Source: Mobula hypostoma
Lineage: Eukaryota
Direction: 5' to 3'
Length of the DNA stretch: 64,000 bases
Assembly: GCF_963921235.1 (NCBI RefSeq)
Contig: NC_086097.1
Coordinates: forward strand, 206,028,001-206,092,000
Below the pieces are notes generated by a model that was given only the letters and a program-made list of their open reading frames with translations, was not told where the DNA came from and searched no databases. Both the position numbers and the translations under genes were made by a program. The stretch's first letter is position 1. Each line of letters begins with the position of its first letter. Below, piece by piece: positions 1 through 11,714 of this stretch.

Positions 1-139
1 TATCCCTGTCAACCATTATGCCTATCAACACCAGTGCAATTTCTCCAATTTAGGCCTGTAATGCTCTACTCTTTTCCTATCCAGATACCTGTTCAAATGT
101 TTTTTAAACATTGTAATTGTGCCAGCAATCAGTGATAGG

Positions 140-410
140 GATTTAAATCCCATTGCTGTCAATAAGGAGTTTGTATATTCTCCCTGTGACCATGTGGGTT
201 TGCTTAGGGTGCTCTGGTTTCCTCCCACATTCCAAAGGTGTACAGATTAGGGTTAATAAGTTGTGGGGCATGTTATTTTGACACCAGAAAAGTGGCAACC
301 CTTGCGGGCTGCCGCTAGCTCAATCCTCGAACTGTGTTAGTCATTGATGCAAAGTGATGGATTTCACTATATGTTTTAGTGTTTTAATATATATGTGACA
401 AATAAAGCCA
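140..410 (+). mobile_element. V-domain SINE (HE1/DANA-like), degraded
   Basis: Contains a V-domain-like core (GGAGTTTGTATATTCTCCCTGTGACCATGTGGGTTT...GGTTTCCTCCCACATTCCAAAG) and ends near AATAAA. Boundaries approximate. Confidence 0.65.
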
Positions 411-804
411 ATCTTACCTCCTCTGATTGTTCATTCTAAATATTTGCCACCCTATATATGAAAAGCTTGACCCACAGATCTCTCATCTTAACTCCATGCA
501 ATCTATTTTAAGACTTCTCTGCACTGGGGGAAAAATCCCGAATATCTATCCTAGCTTTGCCCCTCATACTTTGTAAATTTCACAAAGTCACCCCTCTGCC
601 TCCTACTTTTCAGTGAGAATAAACCCAACCTGTCAAATTTCTCCATACAACCCTCCAGACAGCACCCTGCTGGATGTCTATATTGCCACAACATCCTTCC
701 TGCAGTTTGCTAACAAGAATTGTACACAATATTCTAATCAATGTTTTGTAGAACCGCAATGTGATGCTTCAACTCTTACACTCAATGCTTTGGCCTATTC
801 AAGA

Positions 805-2446
805 GTGCCAGGGAAGTGAAGTATGTGCAGTGAAAATTACGACTGAGAAGGAGCTCAGGAAGCTTAATGGTCTGAGGGTGGATAAATCTCCCGGACCTGA
901 TGGAATGCACCCTCGGCTTCTGAAGTAAGTAGCTGAAGAGATTGTGGGGACATTAACAATGATCTTTCAAAAATCGATCGATTCTGGCATTATACCGGAT
1001 GAGTGGAAAATTGCAAATGTTACTACGCTATTTAAGAAGGGTGGGAGGCAGCAGAAAGGAAACTATAGACCTGTTAGCCTGACATCAATGGTTGGGAAGT
1101 TGTTGGAATCGAAAGCTAGGGGTGAGATTACAGAGTACCTGGAGGCACATGACGAGACAGGCCAAAGCCAGCATGGTTTTCTGAAAGGAAAATTCTGCCC
1201 AACTAACCTACTGCAATTTTTTGAGGAAATTACAAGCAGGGCATGCAAAGAAGATGCAGTAGATGTGGAGTACTTGGATTTTCAGAAGGCCTTTAACAAG
1301 GTGCTGCACGTGAGGTTGCTTAGCAAGATAACAGCACATGGAATTACAGGGGAGTTACCAGTATGGGTGCAGCATTGGTTGAGCAGCAGAAAGCAGAGAG
1401 TGGGAATAAAGGGATCCTATTCTAGCTGGCTGCCGGTTACCAGTGGAATTCCACAGGGGTCAGTGTTGGGACCACTGCTTTTCACAATATTTGTCAATGA
1501 TTTCGACTATGGAATTGATTGATGTGTGGCTATATTTGCCAATGATACAAAGACAGGTGGAGGAGCGGGTAGTGTTGAGGAAACAAAGCCTGCAGAGAGA
1601 CTTAGATAATTTAGGGGAATGGGCAAAGAAGTGGCAAATGAAATACAAAGTTGGAAAATGTATGGTCATGCACTTTGGTGGAAGAAATAAAGAGGCAGAC
1701 TATTATTTAGATGGGGAGAGAATTCAAAATGCAGAGGTGCAATGGGACTTGGGAGTCCTTGTGCAGGATACCCTAGAGGTTAACTTCCAGTTTGAGTCAG
1801 TGGTGAAGAAGGCAAATGCAATGTTGGCATTCATTTCTAGAGGTATAGAATATAAGAGCAGGGATGTGATGTCAAGACTCTATAAGGCATTTGTGAGACC
1901 ACACTTGGAGTGTTGTGCGTAGTTTTGGGCTCCCTATTTTAGAAAGGATATACTGACATTGGAGAGGGTTCAGAGCAGATTCATGAGAATGATTCCAGGA
2001 ATGAAAGGGTTACCATATGAGGAATGTCTGGCAGCTCTTGGGCTGTATTCTCTGGAGTTCAGGAGAATGAGGGGGAATCTCATAGAAACATCCCGAATGT
2101 TAAAAGGCCTGAACAGATTAGATATGGCAAAGTTATTTCTCATGGTAGGGGAGTCTAGGACAGGAGGGTATGACTTCAGGATTGAAGGATGTCCTTTTAG
2201 AACTGAGATGTGGAGAAATTACTTCAGTCAGAGGGTGATAAATCTGTGGAGTTTGTTGTCACGAGCGACCGTGGAGGCCACGTCATTGGGTGCATTTAAG
2301 GCAGAGATAGATAGTTTCTTGATTAGTCATGGCATCAAAGAGTATGCGGAGAAGGCAAGAGAGTTAGGATAACTGGAAGAATTGGATGGCGGAGCAAACT
2401 CGATGGGCTGAATGGCCTACTTCTGCTCCTATATCTTATGGTCTTA
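805..2446 (+). mobile_element. CR1 LINE, 5'-truncated; ORF2 reverse transcriptase, frameshifted
   Basis: ORFs 944-1522, 1443-1922 and 1959-2372 carry CR1 motifs ([40 protein letters not shown]). The 3' tail is ...CCTATATCTTATGGTCTTA. Confidence 0.95.
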
Positions 2447-2692
2447 AGAAGCAAACCAAATGACTTTTTCACTAACCTATGCACTTATTGATATTACTGT
2501 TGTTGTACAAATCACAGGTGGTAAAGGGTCAGCATACAGAAGCGAGATAGGATACCTGAGTGCGCAGTGCCACACCAAACATTTTTGAAATGTTGATTTT
2601 CGGGAATGGAAGGAGGGAAAACATGCAACAGTTTACATTGATGGATCAGCGGTTGAGAGCGTCACAGCTCTAAATTCCTGGGTGTTAAAATA

Positions 2693-4355
2693 TAACAGAA
2701 GACATAGGAGCATAATTAGGCCACTCAGCCCATCAAGTCTGCTGCACCATTTTATCATGGCTGATTTATTATCCTGCTCAACCCCATTCCCCTGTCTTCT
2801 CCTTATAAACTTTGAGCATAACTAACCGAGAATCTAACAACATCTGCTTTAAATATACTCAATGACTTGGCCTCCACAGCCATCTGTGGTAACAAATTCC
2901 ACAGATTCGCCACCCTTATCGTAAAGAAATTCCTTCCCATCTCTTTTCTAAATGGATATCCCTCTATTCTGAGGCTGTGTTCTCTGGTCCTAAACTCACT
3001 TACTATAGGAAGAATTCTTTCCATATCCACTCTGTCTAGGCCTTTCAATATTCGATAGATCCACCCCCCCCCCAATTCTTCTAAACTCCAGTGAGTACGG
3101 GCCCAAAGCCAACAAATGCTCTGCATATGTTAATACCTTTTCATCCCCATGAACTTCCTCGGGACCCTCTCCAACAGCAACACATCTTTTCTTAGATAAG
3201 GGGCCCAAAACTGCTCATAATACTCCAAGTACGATCTGACCAATACCTTATAAAGCCTCACCATCACATCCTTGTTCTTATATTCTAGTCCTCTCAAAAA
3301 GAATGCTAACATTGCAGTTGCCTTCCTTACCACTGACTAAGGCTATGTCCACACTAAACCAGGTAAATCCGTAACTGAAGCTTTTTCTCTTCGTTTTGAC
3401 CTTCTGTCCACATTGAAATGGCGTTTTCCTCCGCTGAAAACGGCCCTTTTCAGAAATGCTCTCCAGAGTGACTTAATCTGAAAACACCTAATATCCGGCA
3501 TAGTGTGTATGGGGTAACTGGCTATTTTTAAAACCGCTGTCATGATATGCCGGAACAAATGGTGGTGACAGCGATGCATTTCATTGTTTTCTTGAACACA
3601 ACCTCCAACACCACAACAATATCTGATAATAGATGTGTAACAGCCTTATGTAACATTGTACGGAAATACAAGATAACACTGATGCAGACATGTTTTATAC
3701 TTTTAATAAGGTGCTTTACTAACGCATTGCTTGTGCAAACATTCAATAAATACAATTGTCACTTTTGCCCAGTAACTCATTTTATTGCACATGTTAAATA
3801 CGGCAAAATAATACGCAAAGACATGGCAAAAGTAAAGGCAAACAAATGAGGTAACAGCAAATTTCACTTTTGCCCAGTAACAAGCCTTATTTCATTTAGT
3901 TGTAGCTGTCGTCGCTTTGATTGGTGAAGAGACTATGGCTGTAGGAAATGTTTATGGACAAACGCGCACCATGTCTTTCGATTGGCAACTTCCTTTTAAG
4001 TTTTTCTAGTCTGTAACTGGACAAACGCGCACCAGGTATACCATTTCCTCTTGGCTTGTTTTCTGTGTGTTCTGCGTATGCCCAGTAGGAGGAGATTCGC
4101 CCAAATATCCGTTTGAATGTGGACAGAGGTATTTTTAAAAACGCCTAGTGTGGACGCCTGTTGTTTTTACGCAAAACCAGCGTTTTCAAAATTATCCAGT
4201 CTAGTGTGGACGTAGCCTAAACTTGCAAATTAACCTTTAGGAAATCCCACACAAGAACTCCCAAGTCCCTTTGCACCTCTGATTTTTGAATTTTCTCCCC
4301 ACTTAGAAAATAGCCTATGCCTTTACTCCTTCTACCAAAGTGCATGACCATACAA
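2693..4355 (-). mobile_element. CR1 LINE 3' fragment, interrupted by a Harbinger MITE at 3341-4217
   Basis: Minus ORFs 2803-3126 and 3130-3333 encode the CR1 ORF2 C-terminus (VRKATAMLAF, LEYYEQFWAPYLRKD). CR1 sequence resumes at ~4221. Confidence 0.9.
3341..4217. mobile_element. Non-autonomous PIF/Harbinger DNA transposon (MITE, 877 bp)
   Basis: 16-bp TIRs GGCTATGTCCACACTA / TAGTGTGGACGTAGCC (1 mismatch). 3-bp TAA TSD at 3338-3340 and 4218-4220. It cleanly splits a CR1. Confidence 0.9.
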
Positions 4356-4500
4356 TTGTACTAAGTATTCTAATATACAGTAATATTTACGTTTTACAGG
4401 CTATATGTATTATTATATGCTCAAAAAATATTACAGGTAGATAGAAAAAAGAAACTATTTCAAAGCTCTGAATAGGATACATTAATTATAATACATATAT

Positions 4501-4582
4501 AATTGAATTGAATTGACTTTATTTCTTACATCCTTCACATACATGAGGAATAAAAATCTTTACGTTACGTCTCCATCTAAAT
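4501..4582 (-). mobile_element. Rex1/Babar-like LINE 3' tail fragment
   Basis: Reverse complement matches the 3' tail at ~35825-35900 (TTTAGAYGGAGAC...CTCATGTATGTGAAGGATGTAAGAAATAAAGTCAATT). Confidence 0.75.
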
Positions 4583-4629
4583 ATTCTTCTAAACAGCAGT
4601 GAAAATGCACTTAATGGTGTTATTTTGGG

Positions 4630-5375
4630 TATTTATAGTGACATCCATGAGAATGATGCAAACTAGCGAGTTTTTGAATATCTAGTTGCACCTCGGTTAA
4701 AGATAATCAAAGACCACCTCTTTTCACAACGTCAAAGTGGTTATGAGCTTTTGATAGCAGGTGAAGAGCTTGACTAACGTCACATTCAACTAGATTAGAG
4801 GTGGGAAATCCAATTAAAAACAACTTTGCTTTCTCCCAGAGCTGTGCAAACTTACTTTGAATATTACCAGTTATCCAGAAATTTTGTTTCTGGCATTTGG
4901 ATTTTGCCTGAGCTGTTATATCACTCTGCAGCTCAATAAAACATTCTTGCAATGTGGTGTCAACATCATTCACATTCATCCCAAATAGATCCACCACCCA
5001 GTCTAGAGAATGCGTACCCAGCAGGACTCTGAACCAAAATTCCAAATCAGTGTGCAGTTATTTCAAATTATCAAGATATACAAATCAGATCATCTTGCAA
5101 TTCGATATAAGAGTGGCCAGTGAAGGAAATTGCATAAACTTGCGACGTCTAATATTACCACTGAAAAGTTTGAGTTTCCCAAGGAAAGGAATAATAGCCT
5201 TTTGGTATGTTATGAGATTGCATTTTTCCTTGTAACTGTTTAATAAATTCAGTTTTTCAAATATATCTGACAGGTAAGATATGTTAAACTTAGCAGTGAC
5301 AATTTGTTCTTCAAGCTGCTTATCACCTAGAAATGATACAATTCTATCCCAAAGTGCAACAAAGCACAAAGACAA
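4630..5375 (-). mobile_element. hAT (Charlie/Buster-like) transposase C-terminal remnant
   Basis: Minus ORFs 5085-5375 and 4707-5045 contain YLSDIFEKLN and LWEKAKLFLIGFPTSNLVEC, which resemble the hAT dimerisation region. Frameshifted. Confidence 0.75.
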
Positions 5376-5609
5376 AAAAATGCTCTGCCATTTCTTGAGT
5401 TATCTGAAAACATAGTAGTCATACACTTTACATTGCTATAGGTCCCAGCACCAGCCCTTGCAGAGCACTACTTGCTACACAGTTCTTGTCAGAAAATTGT
5501 CCAGCTATTTTCTGCGTTAGCATAAAGGTTTCAGACTGGACATCAAAATTCAGCAGATGCTGGAAATCTAAAACAAGTACAGAAAATGCTTGAAATACCG
5601 AGCAATCCA

Positions 5610-5940
5610 AAGATGAAAATCAGCTGTATTTGTCACATATACAATGAAACAAACAACGAAATGCATCGCTGGTTCAAATTAAATCAGTAGGGAATGTGCT
5701 GATCAGACCGCCAAGTGTCGCCAAGTTTCCAGTGCCAACATAGCAGGCCTAACCCTAACCCTTGAATGTGGGAAACTTCTAAGTCTCTGAAATGTGGGAG
5801 GAAAGTAGAATATCCCAGAGGAAAAATACACGGTCACTGGAAGAATGTACAAACTTATGGACAGTGGTGGGAATCAAACCCTGATCTTACAGCAGGCACA
5901 GTAAAGCATTGCCCTAACCACTAGGCTGCGATGCTGCCCT
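5610..5940 (-). mobile_element. V-domain SINE, degraded
   Basis: TGTGGGAGGAAAGTAGAATATCCCAGAGGAAAAATACACGGTCACTGGAAGAATGTACAAACT is the reverse complement of the core seen at 140-410. Confidence 0.6.
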
Positions 5941-6689
5941 ATAAGATCAGGCTGAATCATAATTCCACAGCATTGTCAAAAGGAGTTTACATCATTTCAA
6001 CATGCTTAGCCCTGTTAAAGCCTATTCAGAGCTAATCTGAATGTTTCTGTAATGCAAGCATTGCCTTTTTCACTACCTAAACATACAAGATTTAACAGTC
6101 CAGTAGGTACACTTTTCTGAGAAGGAGCTCCAGTCAGAGAGGAGGCAGAGTATATAAACCTGCCTATGATCAGATTTCAATTATTTATCCATCTGAGACA
6201 GAGAATTATGGAGGCAGAATCCTGTGCATTTGCTCTTATATGCATTGTTTTCTTGTGTCCTGCTATGTTAAATGTGCAGCTCAGCATTCCTCTGAACCTT
6301 CACCTGAGCCGTACAGCATGAAAGATGGTGTAAAATGTTGACATCATGAACTGTTTCTTCTTAGCAGAGAAGACCAAGTTGTAATGTTGAAACATAAAGA
6401 TGGGAACAAATATGACTAAATTTTCCTACATTCATCTGGGAGTTATGCAACTTGAAAATACATAAATTTGATGTCATGGCATTGATACCGTATCCTATCC
6501 ATGGTTCCCATGAGTGCAGTTCCTTCTCGTGAAGGAGCAATCCCTGAAATTAACCTATCTAGTGTGAATTATCTGCTGCTTTCACAGTATTACCCAATTG
6601 TACCTGACACGTAACATAACAAAGGTCAATACTGATAAGGTTATGTCATCGAAATGTGAGAGGAACTGCAACATGCAACAGCACAACAC

Positions 6690-7122
6690 AAACTCAGTGG
6701 TACACCTGCACATCTGCTCAATAGTGCAAATATCTATTCAGCCAATCATGTGGCAGCAACTCAATGCATAAAAACATGCAGAGATGGTCAAGAGGTTCAG
6801 TTGTTGTTCAGATCAAACATCAGAATATGGAGGAACTCTGATCTAAGCATCTTTAACCTTTAACCTTGGGATGATTTTTAGTGCCAGACAGGGTGGTTTG
6901 AGTACCTCAGAAACTACTAATCTCCTGGGATTTTCAGACACCACAGCCTCTAGAGTTTACAGAGAATGGGGTAAAAACATAAGACTTCCAGTGAGTGGCA
7001 GCTCTGTGAGCGAAAATGCTTTGTTAATGAGAGACGTCAGAGGATAATAACCTAACTGGTTCAAGCTGACAGAAGAGTATTTCTCTCAGGAGTTACCTAA
7101 TAAAGTGGGCATTGAGTGTATA
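6690..7122 (+). mobile_element. Non-autonomous Tc1-like DNA transposon, copy 1
   Basis: Homologous to 10109-10626 and 16300-16851. Right TIR is ...TACCTAATAAAGTGGGCATTGAGTG followed by TA. Confidence 0.8.
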
Positions 7123-7874
7123 CTGACAGTATATAGTCATTGAGCCATAGAGATATACAGTATGGAAACAAGCCCTTCAGCCTAACTTTTACTTGGCAAC
7201 CTGTATTTAGGCCATATAGTTGGCCACATATGTTGCAATTCATCTGCAAGCCAAAATGTACACTTTCCCAGCTGTGAGAAGCTCAAAAACAGTGTAATAC
7301 AAAGGATTGTAACTGAGAATTTATAAGTACAGTTCTTAATTTCAGATTTTGTAATATTTTATATGCAGAATTTCCTTGTGCATTCTTCTTTCCCTAATGC
7401 AGTTAGAATTTCATCAGTTCTAAGAGAAAACTGTTTTTCATGGTCCTGGATACGTACGTATAATTACGACCATTTGTCATCAATTGAACACGTCGGGGAA
7501 TGGAAAAGTAGTAAGTCTGTGAAACATCAAACTGAGATAGTATAGGTCCGCAAAGTGTCCATGAAGTCCATCGAATTACACTCAAACCATAACAGTGTAA
7601 AATCAAGCCGCATCCAAACAACCCTACCCATTTAATTTTGTTTCAGTCTGATTTTTCTAGTTTCCAATACTGTTGGTATAAAGCTAAAATAATTTCACAA
7701 TAACATAAAATACACAGGACAAACCAAGTCTGTGTTACCTTGCCAGCAATTAGCTGACAATTTTTTTCATCAACTATATATACTTTTTTCAGAGATAAAT
7801 TAAGTTCTGGCCGGGTGAATGCATTGCTTAAAAGAATTGCATTGCAAAAGTCTTAAGCATCCTAGCTTTTTTAT

Positions 7875-8247
7875 ATGGTTTCAAACGGTATGGCCTTCTC
7901 TGATCCCTGATCTCAACATTGTTGAGGCTGTCTGGATTACCTGGAGAGATAGAAGCAAGCAAGATAGTCAAAGTCTGCAGAGGAACTGTGGCAAATTCTC
8001 CAAGATGCTTGGAACAACCACCTAGTCAACTTTCTTAAAAAACTACATGATAGTCTACCTAAGGGAATTGATGCAGTCTTTAAGGCAAAGGATGGTCACA
8101 CCAAATATTGACATGATTTAGTTTCTTACTGTTTACTGCTCTGCATAGTAAAGTTAGATATTTAGAAACTTTTCATTATTTTGGAAGCAACTTCGCTTTA
8201 CAGGGTTTTTTTTTACATGTGCCTAAGACTTTATCACAGTTTTGTAC
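7875..8247 (+). mobile_element. Tc1 transposase 3' remnant of a different family, with right end
   Basis: ORF 7819-8025 contains WPSLIPDLNIVEAVW, a degenerate Tc1 WPxQSPDLNPIE motif. A TIR-like GCCTAAGACTTT..CACAG..TGTA lies near 8220-8247. Confidence 0.65.
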
Positions 8248-8959
8248 ATCTTCAGAAGTTGTCCAAGAATGCATTTGTAGAAGAAATATGATAGCCAAAC
8301 AGCCAATGCGAACAGAAAGACTAATTCCCCAAGAAAATATACTAAGTTAATTTGAAAGTCATGTTCTTCATGATGATGGGTAGGCAGTCAACTTATCATG
8401 CAGGTATAAAATTGATGCAAAGCCTATGCCACTAACAGTGGAGACAATCCCAATTTCACCATCATCAATATTAATATTAATGAACATCCAGCCTAAAACA
8501 TGTTGGCATTCATATCAGCAGTTGCATATCAAGCATGTAGGCTGGAAGACTCTATGAAATTTTCCAAGTAAAATGTGTATGTCTAAAATTTTTACAGTAG
8601 AGTAGCATCAGAAAATAGGTCTGGTATAAATCCAGACATGAGATGCATTGTGGATATCCAGAACATGCCAATGTATGAAACAATAATTTATTAATTTGGG
8701 TTAGTCTTTCCAAATGTTTATAGACTCAAACAGATCTGAAATAGGGCCATCAGCCTACCACACCATATTGCCCACCTTGCCTATCTACACTAATCCTATT
8801 TGCTCACATCAGGATCGTATTCTTCTATACCTTGTATACTTAAGTGCCTGTATAAATGCCATTTGAATGTAATAATTGTATCTGATTTCACCACCTCCTC
8901 TGGCCATGTGTTCCAGATACCAATCACTCTTCATGTGAAAAGCATATCATCAGAAACCA

Positions 8960-9188
8960 CAAAGAAGAGAAAATCTTCAGATGCTGGAAATCAAAGCAAC
9001 ACACATAAAAAGCTGGAGCAAGTCAGCAGGCCAGGCAGCATCTGTGGAAAAGAGTAATCAGTTGACAATTCAGGTCAAGGCCCCTCATCAAGTCCTGATG
9101 AAGGTTCTCGGCCTGAAACGTTGACTGTTTACTCTTTTCCATAGATGCTGCTTGGCTTGCTGAGTTCCTCCAGCTTTTTGTGTGTGTC
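8960..9188. mobile_element. Penelope pseudo-LTR-derived fold-back mini-element
   Basis: Arms ~9000-9090 and ~9096-9187 are reverse complements. Both match the 3' terminus of the Penelope element at ~44515-44650. Confidence 0.8.
9091..9126 (+). ncRNA. Minimal type I hammerhead ribozyme motif (Penelope type)
   Basis: AGTC-CTGATGA-AGGTT(CTC)GGCCT-GAAA-CGTT-GACT. Stem I is AGUC/GACU, core CUGAUGA, stem II 5 bp including two G-U pairs, then GAAA and a GUU cleavage triplet. The palindrome AACGUU replaces stem III. Confidence 0.7.
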
Positions 9189-10108
9189 CCTCAGCTACCC
9201 TTCAAACTCCTTCCTCTTTTATTAAATCCAAGCTTCTGATACCCATATGACAGGGAAAAAGATTTTGACTATTTACCCCATCAATGCCTTTCATATCTTG
9301 TATACTCTCAGCCTTCTTTACTCCAGGGAACATAAGCCCAGCCTTTCCATTCTCTCCCCATAACTAAATACTCCTAATGCAGTCAAGATGCTGGTGGATT
9401 TCTTCTGTACACTCTCCAGCACAGTCACAACCCTTCTATAGTGTGGTAACTAAAACTACAGCTATTTTAACTTTATAATTCTGAAAGAAGTTTTAAAATC
9501 CTGCCAACTTTTTAAATACAATGTTTCATTTTGTGTTAATTGCTACTAGTTAGAGGAAGGTGTGGTGACCTCATTGATTTATACAAAATTCTGAGAGTTA
9601 GATGGGGGAGAGTCCATTACCTATGCTAAAGAGGCTGGAAAATAGAATGGGGAGAGGGGAAGGGGGGGTAATCATCTCAGGAAAAATAAATGCATGCTAT
9701 TTGGGGCTGAGATGAAGAACAAATTCATTATCTAGTGTGAAACCTTGAAGTTCTCCCATACAGATGCTTAGACAGGATGGATTTTCCAAGCTTGTCTGAA
9801 ATTAATATATTTTTTGATACTCAGGGACAAGTGAATCAAGTGCAAATAGGATTTGAAGCACAGGATCAGTTATGCTTTTACTGAATGAAAAAGCATGTAC
9901 CAGACGCCAAATGCTTAACCATTTATATTTGGTTTTGGGTGTTTGTACCCTGTCACATCAACTCTTCAACTCTTGACTCATAAGATGTAGGACACCCACC
10001 ATCATGCACCAAATTTGTTCCAAACAAACCTTGATGGGCTACTTAGTACTTTCTCCAAAGAAAATAGATTTAAATTTAGTAAGCCAACCATCCAGATTGC
10101 ACAAAGTA

Positions 10109-10626
10109 CACTCAGTGACCACTTTATAAGATACGCCTGTTCAATAATGCAAATATTTAATCAGCCAATCACATAGCAGTAACTCAATGCATAAAAACAT
10201 GCAGATGTGGTCAAGTTGTTGATCTGACCAAATCTCCAGAATAGCAAAGAAATCTGTTGCAAGTGCCTTTGACCATGAAATGATTGTTGGTGCCATACTG
10301 GGAGATTTGAGCATCTTAGAAACTACTGATCCCCTGAGATTTTCATACACAACAGCCCCTAAAGTTTACAGAGAATGGTGGAAAAAAACAAAAAAAAAAC
10401 ATGCAGTGAGTGGCAGTTTTGTGGACGAAAATACATTGTAATTAAGTGAGGTCAGAGGAGAATGGCTAGACTGGTTGAAGCCAACAGGAAAATGACAGTA
10501 ACACAAATAACCAAGCATTATAACAATGTGTGCAGAACAGCATCTCTGAACACATCAAAGATTGAAGTGGATGGGCCGCAGCAGCAGAAGACCATGAACA
10601 TACACACAGTGAATGCATTGAGTGGA
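10109..10626 (+). mobile_element. Non-autonomous Tc1-like DNA transposon, copy 2
   Basis: Left end is TA|CACTCAGTGACCACTTTAT. ORF 10462-10686 (MARLVEANRKMTVTQIT) is a Tc1 N-terminal remnant. Confidence 0.8.
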
Positions 10627-11714
10627 TACTCTGTTCTTAAGAATGTTTCAACAGAATGGAAAATGTTCCAACAGAATGGAAAATGAAAAACAAACAAGTG
10701 GAAGGGTTTAGCAGGTCTAACCACTGATTCCCCTCAAATACACCACCATGCCTACAAATAAATACTTCTAAACTATTAACAGAAGAAATTCCTTTAAGCA
10801 AGAATGTACAGTTGGAATGCGATATACCATTCCTGGTTCTGGGGCACAAAAGACATCCTTCAGATACTGTCCAAAATGTCTTTCTTTCATCAGCACATCA
10901 CCGAGGAAGAGCAGGCCAGCAGAATGAAAGCACCGTGGTGCAAACATTACTGAGGTTAGGTGTGAAAGCACATTATTATGTCTCCTTCTATTTTCAATAA
11001 AAACCCATATGAGAAATATTATCCATTTCTGAAAGTTAATCACATCGCTATTTCCACTGAGAAATAACTTGCATGTAGAATGATATACTAAATAGGTATA
11101 ACAGAGGCCCTAGCAAAAACAAAGTGCCTGTTCCTGTGTTGGAATTTATAATTCTATGTAATTTCTCCCATGGGCAAGAAAGGAATGGGATGATTGCCAC
11201 TACTCAGTCAGATAACATGTGGCAATTGCAGCTCATGCTTAGATAGAGAAGGGGCCATAATAGCAGAAGCAGCAGTGTTTCTGTTGCAAAAGAAGAGAAA
11301 GGAAATTATTGAAAATAGAACAAAGTTAAAAGGAACATTTAAAAACAATATATTGTATCGGTATTAAAAATACAATAATAGATTTTGAAGACCAAAATGT
11401 TCTTTATTTTTGTTTGACTAACCTAATATAAACATGCATTGAGTGAATGACATAACGCAAACTTCAGCGTGTGTCATGCTAATGATAAAGCATTTGTCTT
11501 CAACTGCTATTCAGTAACCTTTCTTATCTCAAGTAAACATTGGAGATAATACTCTAGCAAATTGTTTCATGATTCTCAAATTCAGGAAGAAAAATTCTTC
11601 AGATGTTTAGAGTTAGTGTAATAGATAAATCTCTGAGTAAAACTGAAATTGCATCAAGAGGGGTAGAGTCATGATAAGTTATTTACATTATCTCCATTTC
11701 TCAGACTGTATACA

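Larger units (their letters stand above)
8730..9460 (-). mobile_element. Degraded CR1 3' fragment, interrupted by a Penelope-derived mini-element
   Basis: Resembles the reverse complement of CR1 3' ends (CACCACCTCCTCTGGC...TTCCAGATACCAATCACTCT; CTCCAGGGAACATAAGCCCAGCCT). Confidence 0.55.

Noticed and set aside
4707..5375. Domesticated hAT gene (ZBED5/FAM200-like)
   Set aside because: Frameshifts, stops and a missing N-terminus indicate a decayed transposon.
5749..5762. CTAACCCTAACCCT, telomere-like repeat
   Set aside because: Only about two units, inside a SINE remnant.
10894..10954. Possible 61-nt plus-strand exon (TTTCATCAG| ... GAG|GTTAGG)
   Set aside because: The donor is weak, the peptide is unrecognisable and there are no partner exons. 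Compatible with chance.
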